Part shown: piece by piece, positions 1 through 12,000 of the stretch
Layout of the letters: each line of letters starts with the position of its first letter
How positions within the stretch are numbered: the first letter of the stretch is position 1
NCBI GenBank assembly: GCA_965240325.2
Contig: OZ251236.1
Span: forward strand, 434,001-498,000
From: Rebecca billardiae RCC1528
Lineage: Eukaryota; Protista; Haptophyta
Length of the DNA stretch: 64,000 nt
Reading direction: 5' to 3'
Position numbers and translations under genes: made by a program
The notes under the pieces: generated by a model
Databases searched by the model: none
What the model was told of the DNA's origin: nothing
The model's input: only the letters and a program-made list of their open reading frames with translations

Positions 1-3000
1 GCGACGCGCGCGGCGAAGCATAAAACGGTTTTGTGCGGCGCACGGGGCGGCCGGTGGCGTCGGTCGAGTCGCGAGCGGTGCGGCCGGGGTCGGAGGAGGA
101 GGCGGAGTCGCGCGCGTCCGTGGTGAAGCGCAGCCGCGGCACCACGTCCGGCTCGGCCGCGCCGCCGCCCACCGGCGGCGGCGCGCGCGGCGGCGGCGCG
201 CGCGGCGGCGGCGGCGCGGGCGGCGGCGGCGGCGCGTCGGCACTCGCGCGCCCGTGCGGCGGCGTGGACGGCATTGCCACTGTCACGCCCTCGAGCTCGA
301 CGGGCGCGGCGGCCGCCGCGCCGCGCGATGCCCCGCGCGGCGCCGGCGCCGCGTCCGCCTCGCGCCCCCGCGCCGCCGGCGCCGCGCCGCGCCAGTCCGC
401 GGGCCACTGCGCGGGCGGGCAGCGCGACGCGCCGCCGCCGGCCCAGCCCTCGGAGCTGCGCCGGCTGGCGTCGCCGCCAGAGCTGCGCCGGCGCGCGTCC
501 GAGGGCGCGGCGCCGCCGTACGCGCCGCCGCTCCGCCGCTCCGCGCCCCGCTCGTACGCGTCCCGCCCGCCGGACGAGTAACGGTCCCGCTCGTCGGCGT
601 AACGGCCGTACACAATATTGCGCAGCCCCACCGCCAGCCGGTCCTCTGAGGAGAGTCGGCGCGGCTGTGAGACGGCCCAGACGAGGCGGAAGAAGAGGAG
701 GGCGGGCCACGCGATGAGCGCGCTGAGGACCCCCGCGACGAGGATCGGCACGCCGCCCGGCGCCGACGCCTCCAGCGCCGCGAACCGCGCGCCCGTCGCC
801 GCCGCCACCGCCATCGCGTCCGTCGGCTCGGGCACGTCCGCGAGATTGTAATCTCGGACGGCGTCGTGGAAGAAGAGGCACTGCAGCACGAGCTGCAGCG
901 CGAGGAGGTTGAAGACGAGCTGGACGAACTCGGTGCGGCGCAGCGCGGGCGCGCGCGCGAACACGCACGCCACCACCGAGTGCTGCTCCAGCAGCCAGCG
1001 GCCGACGTGCCGCCCGCAGCTCGGCTCGGCGCCGGCGCCGCGCGAGCGGTCGGCGGCGCCGCGCGGCGCAGCGCGCGGTACCTGCTGCGCCGGCGCGGGC
1101 GGCGGCGGCGAGGGCGGCGGCGAGGGCGGGGGCGACGGGTTCCGCGCGCGCGCGTGCCGCCGGTCGAGCTCCTCCACCAGCGTGCGCGACGGCCCCATCG
1201 CCGCCTCCTTCGCCGCCGCCGCCGCCGCCCGCCGCTCCTGCCGACGGTCCACCAAAAACGCCAGCAGCAGAAAGAGAAGATGGCACAGCACAAGCGCGAG
1301 GACGACGTAGAACATGGGCGAGCGGAGGAGGGCGGCGGGGTTGGCGACGGCGTCGTCCGAGTCGTCGTCGTCGTCGTCGCGAGCGCGCCCGCGAGACGCC
1401 GCCTCCACCTCCTCCGCAAACTCCTGCGCGCGCGCGGGCGGGCGGCGAGCGCGCGCATGCGCGCAGTGAGGGCGCGCGCGCGCGCGCATGCGCGCATGCG
1501 TTCGCGCGCGCGCGGCGCCCGGCTTGGCCCGGCGTGGGCGCGGCGTGGCGTGGCGCTCGGGCGCGCACCTCGGGCACCCCCGGGCTCTCCGCGAACCGCA
1601 GCCCGGCGAACGTCGTCAGGTGGTCGCACACGCACGCACGCTCGCCCGTCGCCGCATCCGTGCGCGCCTCGCACCCGTCCGTCGACCACGCGAGCTCGTC
1701 CTCGTCCCAGAAGACGCAGGTCCAGGCGGAGGCGGGCGTGGCGGGGTCGGCGGGCGGGAGGGCGATGCGCGCCGCGGTGCTCAGGTTGGACACGCCCAGC
1801 GCCGAGCCGCTCGCGCCGTCGGCGAGCTCGACCGCGACGAGCGCCGTCTCGACGACGCCATCGCCGAGTCCGGTCGACTCGTTGGCGAACGGGCCGCCGA
1901 GTCCGGGCGGCGCGTACAGGTTGCGCAGCGTGGCGTAGATCACGATGTCGACGCCCGCGCTGAGCCCGCCCGAGACGGCCGCCGCGGCGGCGTCGAGCGA
2001 GCCCGGCGGCAGCGCGAGCGCCACGCCCGAGCCCGCCGGCCCGCCGAGCGTCCCGTTCTCCGTCGCCGCCTGCGTCAGCCGCGTCGCGCGCAGCTGCACG
2101 TGCGCGCCGAGCGCGTCGCGCGACACCTCGCCCGTCACGCCGCCCGCGAGGAAGGAGAGGCCGAGCCGGCTCGCGCCGAGCGCGGCGCGCTCGCCGATCG
2201 TCCGGCTCAGCGCCTCACCCACCGCCGACGCGTTCGCGCCGAGCACCGTGCTCAGCGTGCCGAGCGCGCCGCTCGCGGTCGCGTCGTCCGAGCCCTCGGC
2301 TAGCGCGCCCGACAGGAGCACCGCGAGTAGTGTAAGGACGTCCGCCTGCGTCTGGCCGGCGAGCACGTCGACGCCCGCGCCGACGATGGCGGCGAGCGTG
2401 CGCGCGGCCTGCGCGCGGTTCGGCTCGGTGTTCGCCGACGCGCCGATCGCCAGCCCCGCCAGCTCGACCATCCGCGCGCCGACGGTCGCGTTGAAAGGCG
2501 CGCAGTCGGCGGCGGTGCCGTTGAGAAAGCCGCTGCTGCCGTTCAGCGCGAGCGCGCGCCGGTTGGCGGCGGTCGCGGCGGGGTCGGGCGCGCTCACGAG
2601 CGCGAGCGCGTGCAGCAGCTGCTGCGCCTTGTCCGTGTCGCCGAGCGCCACCGCCGCCTCCGCGCGCGCGAGCAGAGTCTCGAGGTCGGCGGCGGCCGCG
2701 TCGGCAACGTCGACGGCCGCGCTGCCCGCTGCGACGCCGGCGTGGACGTCGGCGACCGCGACGGTGGCGAGCCGCGCGCCGGAGGGGAGGAAGGCGGTGG
2801 CGCTCGTCGCGGCGAGCGCCTCGGTGAGCGGCTCGCGCGAGCCCGACCCGCCCTCGTACCCGAACGTGTACCGCAGCGGCAGGTCCTCCGGGTCGTCCGC
2901 CCAGCCGGGCGCCGAGAGCGAAAACAACGTCACGGCGGCGACGCCCGCGGCGGGCGAGGCGACGAGCGCGCCGCCGAACGGCGGCCGATTCATCTGCACG

Positions 3001-6000
3001 CGCACCTCGGCGGTGGCGGGCGCGTCGCCGCCGCGCACGGTGAGCTCGAACGCGTACAGCGTGCCCGCCGCCAGCGCGCCCGAGCGGAACGCGAGGTTGG
3101 GCTGCGCGTCGCCCGTGGTGGTGTCAGTGAGGTCGGCGCTGAGGTCGAGGCCGGCGTCGACGAGCGCGCCCGCGGCGCTCACGGCGCGCGCGCGCCACGC
3201 GTAGTTGTACGCGGCGAGGCCCTGCGCCTGGAGCAGCGCGGACGCGGCGTCGACGCTGCCGACGATCGCGACGCGCGCCGACGGCAGCGTCCACGTCGGG
3301 TTGTACTTGGCGCGCGCGAGCGGCTCGATCGAGAGCGTCGGAACGTTCGCGGAAAGTACCGACACGTCGACCGACGCCGCGCCGCTCGCCCCGGTGCTCG
3401 CCGTCACGGTGAGCGTGAAGCGATAGGTGGCGCCGCCGCTGAGGGCGCCCGCGCCCACGTCGAGCAGCGCGCTCGAGCCGCCCGTCGCGCCGAGCGAGCC
3501 CAGGCTCGCCGCGATCTCCGCGCCCGACGTCGCGTTCAGCCGCGCCGCCGCCCACGCGTACGCCGCCAGCCCTGCCGTGTCGCCGTCTGCGTCGACGGAA
3601 GCCGAGCCGTCGAGGCGGAGTGCGGAGGCCTCGGAGAGGGTGCGGTCGCCGCCGGCGATGAGCGCGCGCGGCGCGAGCTCGGAGACGGCCACGCGCACGC
3701 GCGCCACCGCGCTCGCCGACGGCAGCGCCGCCATGCTCGCGCGCACGGCGAACGTGTAAGACGCGCCCGCGCTGAGCGCGCCTGCGGGCAGCAACAGGGA
3801 CGGTTGCGCGGCCGAGCCGGCTGGCAGCGCGTCGAGCGGCGCGGTGGGGTCGGCGAGCGCGGCGCCGCTCGAGGTGCGCACGGCGGACTCGATCTGCCAC
3901 GCGAACGCCACCTCGCCGCTCAGCGCCGACGGCCAGCACTCCGCCAGCGCCGCGCGCGCCAGCAGCACCGTCGCCACGTCTGGCCGCGCCGCGCGCAGGA
4001 ACGGGCCGTCGACGTCGACGGCGGGCGAGGCGCCGCTGCCGCGCGTGACAGTCCAGCGGGTGGCGGCGGAGGTGGCGCCGAGGAAGGAGGTGACGCGCAG
4101 GAGGAAGACCATCGTGCCCGACGTGGGCAGCGCGCTGCTCAGGCTCACCACCGCCGACGTCTGCCCGAGCAGCGCCGCGCGCAGCGCCGCCGCGCCGTCC
4201 GATCGAGACGCGTCCACCCGCCAGCTGTACGTCAACGGCACGATGCCGCCGCCGGACGAGGCGGAGCCGTCGAGGCGGAGGGTCTCGCCCGCGCAGAGGG
4301 AGAGCTCGGCGACGGCGGAGATCGCGGCGACGGGCGTCGGGCACCCGCCCTCGCCGCACGGCGCGTCCTCGTCGATCACCGCCGTCGAGTTGGAGCAGAG
4401 CTCGTGACCCGGACACGAGCCGGCCGGCAGCGCGGCCGGTCCGATCGCGCCAGGCCGCAGCGCGACCGTGTCACCAGGGCGCAGGTCTGTGAGGTAGTTG
4501 AGCTCGGCGATGAGGGTGGAGTCGTCCTGCCAGAAGCAGTTGGGCGGCGTGCCGAACGAGCCCTGGATCCGCGCCACCGTCGCGTCGTCCAGCGCCGCCG
4601 CGCACGGCTGCAGCCCGATCATGCCCGCGCGGTCGGTCGGCTGGCCGTCGAGGACGATACGCAGGTCCGAGGCATCGTCTGCAAACGTGGCCGAGATCAC
4701 CTCGGGCGCGTGGATGCCGATGAAGTCGAAGGAGGCGCCGGTGCCGCCGCGCGCGGCGTCGTCGGCCGCGCTGTACTGCCGCCCGTTCAGGCTCACCAGC
4801 ACCGGCGCCACGCCCTCGCGCCCCCACGCCGTCGTGAGCGCGATCGCTGTGTCGTTCACCGCGCGCGCGCTGAGGGCCGGCTGCGAGCTGTCGCCAAGGC
4901 GCACGCGGAGCACGGCGGCGGCGGCGGCGCGCACGTCGGCGGGGTCGAGGCCGGGCGAGTCGGTGGCGTCCTCGCCCGTGCCCACCGCGCCCGCGCCGCC
5001 GTCATCGCGCGCGCGCGCCAGCGTGTGCGCCAGCGCGGTGAACCCCGAGCCGCGCACCACGACACGGTCGCCGCCGCTCGCGAGCCCGCTCGGCGGCGCG
5101 ACGGAGGTGACGGCGGGGGGCGCGTAGAGGGCGAAGGGGAGGCGCGCGCGCGTGAGGCTGCGCGGCGCGCCGGCGTTGAGCGAGAGCTCGAGGCTCGCGG
5201 AGAACGCGGCGAGCGAGAGGTTCGCCACCGCCTGCGCAGAGCCGTTCAGCGCGCCCACGGCCGAGGCGGCGGGCAGCGTGCACCGCGCGCGCGTCGAGCC
5301 GTCGGACGCGCGCGGCGGCAGCAGCGTCGCGGGCGCGGCGCACGGCGCGCCGCCCGCGTCGAGCGCGGCCTCGGCCGCGTCGTCGGCCGCGCTGCCGGCG
5401 GGCCAGCGGCGCAGCAGCACGCAGCACAGCGCGTCGCCGCCGTACGCCGCGAACCCCGCGCCGACGAGCGTCACCACCGCGCCGCCGGCCACGGGGCCGC
5501 CCGGCGGCGAGATTGCAATCACGCGGAGGCCGCTGGAGTTGTATAGGGAGAAGGTGGGCGCGTCGAAGAGCGGCTCGAGCGGCGTGGCGCCGTCGAGCGC
5601 GAGGCTCACGCTGTACGCGCCCACGCTCGCGCTCGCGGGCAGCGCGGCGCACACCGCCTCGCCCGTGCCCGTCACGTTCGCGCGCACGACATGCGCGCCG
5701 CCGCCGCCGCCCGCGGCCGTCGAGTTGAACGTGCACGACGCGACGCCGGCCCCGAGGTCGACGAAGCCTGAGCCGCTGAGCGTGACGGGGAGCGGCGCGC
5801 CCGCGGGCGCGCCGCTCGGCTCCGCCGCCTCCACCACCGCCGAGTAGAAGACGAACGGCGCGCCCCCGTCCGCGCCGCCCGTGCTGTACGCCTGCCCGTT
5901 GAGCGAGACTTCCACCGCCACCTGCGCGCCCGAGCCGTCGGCGGCGGTGAGCGCGGAAGGCGACACGCGGGGCGCTGAGCAGAGCAGCGCGTCCGCCGAG

Positions 6001-9000
6001 CCGGTCAGCGTGGCCTCGACGGTGCCGAACACGCCGAACTCGCAGCGCAGACCGCCGTAGTCCACGTACCCGCCCTCGGCCGCGACCAGCTCGGGCGGCG
6101 CGCGCACGCGCACAAGCTGAGGCGGGCTCTCGAGGCCGGCGGGCGCGCCCGCGGGCGACACGGCCGCGGGGCGCTGCGCGTCCGCGTCGTAGAAGACGAG
6201 CGGCGCGGGCGCGTCGGCGGACGCGGGCTCCTGCCCGGCGGGCGCGAGCACGCGCACGCGCACGTCGTCCGAGAGCACCGTCGGCGCGGCCGAGGCGGCG
6301 ATCTCGCAGACCAGCGAGGTGGCGGTTACGGCCGTTACGCTGCCGACGACCGGGTCGGCGACGACGTCGCGCGGCGCGAGCTCGCAGCTCATGCCCGCGG
6401 CGTGGTGCGCGGCGGGGAGGAAGCCGGTGCCGTTGAGGGTGAGGTTGGTCGGCCGGCCGAGCGCGGCGCCGAGCGGGGCGAACGAGGTGATCGAGATGAG
6501 GGCGAGCGCGGGCAGCGGCGGCGAGGGCGGCGCGGGCGGCGGGAACGGCTCCGTGCGCGGCGGCGGCGGCGGCAGCGGCGGCGGGCTGGGCGGCGGAGAG
6601 GGCGGCGGCGTCGGCGGCGGCGACGGCGGTGGCGAGGGCGGCGGGAACGGCGGCGGGCGCGGCGGCGGGCTGGGCGGCGGCGAGGGCGGCGGCGAGGGCG
6701 GCGGCGAGGGCGGCGGGCTTGGCGGCGGGCTTGGCGGCGGGCTTGGCGGCGGGCTGGGCGGCGGGCTGGGCGGCGGGCTGGGCGGCGGGCTGGGCGGCGG
6801 GCTGGGCGGCGGGCTGGGCGGCGGGCTGGGCGGCGGGCTGGGCGGCGGGCTCGGCGGCGGGCTCGGCGGCGGCGAGGGCGGTGGGCTGGGCGGCGGAGAG
6901 GGCGGCGGGCTGGGTGGTGGGCTGGGCGGCGGGCTTGGCGGCGGGCTGGGCGGCGGGCTGGGCGGCGGGCTGGGCGGCGGGCTGGGCGGCGGCGAGGGCG
7001 GTGGCGAAGGCGGCGGGCTGGGCGGCGGGCTGGGCGGCGGCGAGGGCGGCGGCGAGGGCGGCGGGCTGGGCGGCGGGCTGGGCGGCGGCGAGGGCGGCGG
7101 GCTGGGTGGTGGGCTGGGCGGCGGCGAGGGCGGCGGGCTGGGTGGTGGGCTGGGCGGCGGGCTGGGCGGCGGGCTGGGCGGCGGCGAGGGCGGCGGGGAC
7201 GGCGGCGGGCTCGGCGGCGGGCTTGGCGGCGGGCTTGGCGGCGGGCTGGGCGGTGGCGAGGGCGGCGGGCTGGGCGGCGGCGACGGCGGTGGGGAAGGCG
7301 GCGGGCTCGGCGGTGGCGAGGGCGGCGGGCTGGGTGGCGGGCTGGGTGGCGGGCTGGGCGGCGGGCTGGGCGGCGGCGAGGGCGGCGGGCTGGGCGGCGG
7401 AGATGGCGGCGGGCTCGGCGGCGGAGATGGCGGCGGGCTGGGCGGCGGCGAGGGCGGCGGGCTCGGCGGCGGGCTCGGCGGCGGGCGTGGCGGCGGGCTC
7501 GGCGGCGGCGACGGTGGCGGGCTCGGCGGCGGCGACGGCGGTGGGGAAGGCGGCGGGCTCGGCGGCGGGCTGGGCGGCGGGCTGGGCGGCGGGCTGGGCG
7601 GCGGGCTGGGCGGCGGGCTGGGCGGCGGGCGCGGCGGCGGCGACGGCGGCGGGCTGGGCGGTGGAAGTGGCGGTGGGCTGGGCGGCGGTGAAGGCGGTGG
7701 GCTCGGCGGCAGCGCGGGCGGCGGCGACGGTGGCGGCGACGGCGGCGGCGACGGCGGCCGGGCGGGCGGCGGCGACGGCGGCGGAGAGGGCGGCGGCAAT
7801 GGTGCGGTTGCGGGTGGCGGCGAGCTCGGCGGTGGAGACGGCGGCGGTGTGGGCGGCGGCGGTGAAGGCGGCGGTGAGGGCGGCGGGGAGGGCGGCGGCG
7901 GGCTAGGCGGCGGCGATGGCGGCGGGGAGGGCGGCGGCGGGCTCGGCGGCGGCGATGGCGGCGGGGAGGGCGGCGGCGGGCTCGGCGGCGGCGATGGCGG
8001 CGGTGACGGCGGCGGCGGGCTCGGCGGCGGCGATGGCGGCGGTGACGGCGGCGGCGGGCTCGGCGGCGGCGACGGCGGGGGCGACGGCGGCGGCGGGCTC
8101 GGCGGCGGGGATGGTGGCGGCGACGGCGGCGGCGGGCTCGGCGGTGGCGATGGCGGCGGGCTCGGCGGCGGGCTCGGCGGCGGCGACGGCGGGGGCGATG
8201 GTGGCGGGGATGGGGGCGGCGGACTCGGCGGTGGGGACGGCGGTGGGCTCGGCGGTGGCGGGCTTGGCGGCGGGCTCGGCGGCGGCGACGGCGGCGGCGG
8301 GGAGGGCGGCGGGGAAGGCGGGGGGCTCGGCGGCGGCGGGCTCGGCGGCGGGCTCGGCGGCGGGCTCGGCGGCGGCGGGCTCGGCGGCGGGCTCGGCGGT
8401 GGCGACGGCGGTGGGCGCGGCGGCGGACTGGGCGGCGGCGATGGTGGCGGCGACGGCGGTGGGCTTGGCGGTGGGCTGGGCGGCGGCGACGGCGGCGGCG
8501 ACGGCGGCGGCGCCGGTGGCGACGGTGGCGGGAACGGCAGCATGCGCGGCGGTGGCGGTGGCAGTGGAGGCGGCGATGGCGGTGGGCTGGGGGGGGGCGT
8601 CGGGGGCGGGGACGGCGGCGGGCTTGGCGGCGGCGGGCTGGGCGGCGGTGAAGGCGGTGGTGACGGCGGCGGCGGGCTGGGCGGCGGCAATGGCGGCGGG
8701 CTGGGCGGTGGCGGGCTCGGAGGGGGGCTCGGCGGCGGCGAGGGCGGCGGCGGGCTCGGTGGCGGGAGTGGCGGCGGCGAGGGTGGCGGCGGGCTCGGAG
8801 GCGGGCTCGGAGGAGGCGACGGCGGCGGCGGGCTGGGCGGCGGGGACGGTGGCGGGCTGGGCGGCGGCGGGCTCGGCGGCGGCAACGGTGGCGGCGAGGG
8901 CGGCGGTGGGCTCGGTGGAGGTGATGGCGGCGGGCTTGGCGGCGGCGGGCTCGGCGGCGGGGCGGGCGGCGGCGAGGGCGGCGGCAATGGCGCGGTTGCG

Positions 9001-12000
9001 GGTGGCGGCGGGCTCGGCGGTGGAGACGGCGGCGGCGTGGGCGGTGGCGGGCTGGGCGGCGGCGCAGGCGGTGGTGACGGTGGCGGCGGACTTGGCGGCG
9101 GCGATGGCGGCGGCGACGGCGGTGGCGGGCTCGGCGGTGGGCTCGGCGGCGGGCTCGGCGGCGGCGGGCTCGGCGGCGGCGATGGCGGCGGGCTCGGCGG
9201 CGGCGGGCTCGGCGGCGGGCTCGGCGGTGGTGACGGCGGCGGCGGGCTCGGCGGCGGTGATGGTGGCGGCGATGGTGGTGGGCTGGGCGGTGGGCTGGGC
9301 GGTGGCGACGGCGGCGGCGACGGCGGCGGCGCCGGTGGCGACGGCGGCGGGAACGGCAGCATGCGCGGCGGTGGCGGTGGCAGTGGAGGCGGCGATGGCG
9401 GTGGGCTGGGGGGCGGCGCCGGGGGCGGGGACGGCGGCGGAGACGGCGGCGGGGGGCTGGGCGGGGGGCTTGGCGGAGGTGACGGCGGCGGCGGACTCGG
9501 CGGCGGCGATGGCGGTGGTGATGGCGGCGGCGGACTCGGCGGCGGCGAAGGCGGCGGCGATGGCGGCGGCGGGCTCGGCGGCGGGCTTGGTGGGGGTGAC
9601 GGCGGCGGCGGGCTCGGCGGCGGGGATGGTGGCGGCGATGGCGGCGGCGGGCTCGGCGGCGGCGACGGTGGCGGCCTCGGAGGCGGGCTCGGCGGCAGCG
9701 AAGGCGGGGGTGACGGTGGCGGTGATGGTGGCGGCGGACTCGGCGGTGGGGACGGTGGCGGGCTCGGCGGTGGCGGGCTCGGCGGCGGGCTCGGCGGCGG
9801 CGAAGGCGGCGGCGGGGAGGGCGGCGGGGAAGGCGGCGGGCTCGGCGGCGGCGGGGAAGGCGGCGGGGAAGGCGGCGGGCTCGGCGGCGGCGGGCTCGGC
9901 GGCGGCGATGGCGGCGGGCTCGGCGGCGGCGGGCTCGGCGGCGGGCTCGGCGGTGGTGATGGCGGCGGCGGGCTCGGCGGCGGTGATGGTGGCGGCGATG
10001 GCGGTGGGCTGGGCGGTGGGCTGGGCGGTGGCGACGGCGGCGGCGACGGCGGCGGCGCCGGTGGCGACGGCGGCGGGAACGGCAGCATGCGTGGCGGTGG
10101 CGGTGGCAGTGGAGGCGGCGATGGCGGTGGGCTGGGGGGCGGCGCCGGGGGCGGAGACGGCGGCGGAGACGGCGGCGGCGGGCTGGGCGGGGGGCTTGGC
10201 GGAGGTGATGGCGGCGGCGGACTCGGCGGCGGCGATGGCGGTGGTGATGGCGGCGGCGGACTCGGCGGCGGCGAAGGCGGCGGCGATGGCGGCGGCGGGC
10301 TCGGCGGCGGGCTTGGTGGGGGCGAAGGCGGCGGCGGGCTCGGCGGCGGGGATGGTGGCGGCGACGGCGGCGGCGGGCTCGGCGGTGGCGATGGTGGCGG
10401 GCTCGGCGGCGGGCTCGGCGGCGGCGACGGCGGGGGCGACGGTGGCGGTGACGGTGGCGGCGGACTGGGCGGTGGGGACGGTGGCGGGCTTGGCGGTGGC
10501 GGGCTCGGCGGTGGCCTCGGTGGCGGCGACGGCGGTGGTGGGGAGGGCGGCGGAGTTGGCGGCGGGGAAGGCGGTGGCGGGCTCGGTGGGGGCGATGGCG
10601 GCGGGCTCGGCGGCGGCGGGCTCGGTGGTGGGGCGGGCGGCGGCGACGGCGGCGGAGAGGGCGGCGGCACTGGCGCGGTCGCGGGTGGCGGCGGTGAAGG
10701 CGGTGGAGACGGCGGCGGCGTGGGCGGTGGCGGGCTGGGCGGCGGCGCAGGCGGTGGTGACGGTGGTGGCGGACTTGGCGGCGGCGACGGCGGCGGCGAC
10801 GGCGGCGGCGGGCTCGGCGGCGGCGAAGGCGGCGGCGATGGCGGCGGCGGACTCGGCGGCGGGCTTGGCGGGGGCGACGGCGGCGGCGGGCTCGGCGGCG
10901 GGGACGGTGGCGGCGATGGCGGTGGCGGGCTCGGTGGTGGGCTTGGTGGCGGCGCCGGCGGCGGCGGGCTCGGCGGTGGCGACGGTGGCGGCCTCGGCGG
11001 CGGCCTCGGTGGCGGCGACGGCGGGGGCGACGGTGGCGGTGATGGTGGCGGCGGACTCGGCGGTGGGGACGGTGGCGGGCTCGGCGGTGGCGGGCTCGGT
11101 GGTGGGCTCGGCGGCGGGCTCGGCGGCGGCGGGCTCGGCGGCGGGCTCGGCGGTGGTGACGGCGGCGGCGGGCTCGGCGGCGGTGATGGTGGCGGCGACG
11201 GCGGTGGGCTGGGCGGTGGGCTGGGCGGTGGCGACGGCGGCGGCGACGGCGGCGGCGCCGGTGGCGAAGGCGGCGGGAAGGGCAGCATGCGTGGCGGTGG
11301 CGGTGGCAGTGGAGGCGGCGATGGCGGTGGGCTGGGGGGCGGCGCCGGGGGCGGATACGGCGGCGGAGACGGCGGCGGCGGGCTGGGCGGGGGGCTTGGC
11401 GGAGGTGATGGCGGCGGCGGACTCGGCGGCGGCGAAGGCGGAGGCGATGGCGGCGGCGGACTCGGCGGCGGGCTTGGTGGGGGCGACGGCGGCGGCGGGC
11501 TCGGCGGCGGGGATGGTGGCGGCGACGGCGGCGGCGGGCTCGGCGGTGGCGATGGTGGCGGGCTCGGCGGCGGGCTCGGCGGCGGCGACGGCGGGGGCGA
11601 CGGTGGCGGTGACGGTGGCGGCGGACTGGGCGGTGGGGACGGTGGCGGGCTTGGCGGTGGCGGGCTCGGCGGTGGCCTCGGTGGCGGCGACGGCGGTGGT
11701 GGGGAGGGCGGCGGAGTTGGCGGCGGGGAAGGCGGTGGCGGGCTCGGTGGGGGCGATGGCGGCGGGCTCGGCGGCGGCGGGCTCGGTGGTGGGGCGGGCG
11801 GCGGCGACGGCGGCGGAGAGGGCGGCGGCACTGGCGCGGTCGCGGGTGGCGGCGGTGAAGGCGGTGGAGACGGCGGCGGCGTGGGCGGTGGCGGGCTGGG
11901 CGGCGGCGCAGGCGGTGGTGACGGTGGTGGCGGACTTGGCGGCGGCGACGGCGGCGGCGACGGCGGCGGCGGGCTCGGCGGCGGCGAAGGCGGCGGCGAT

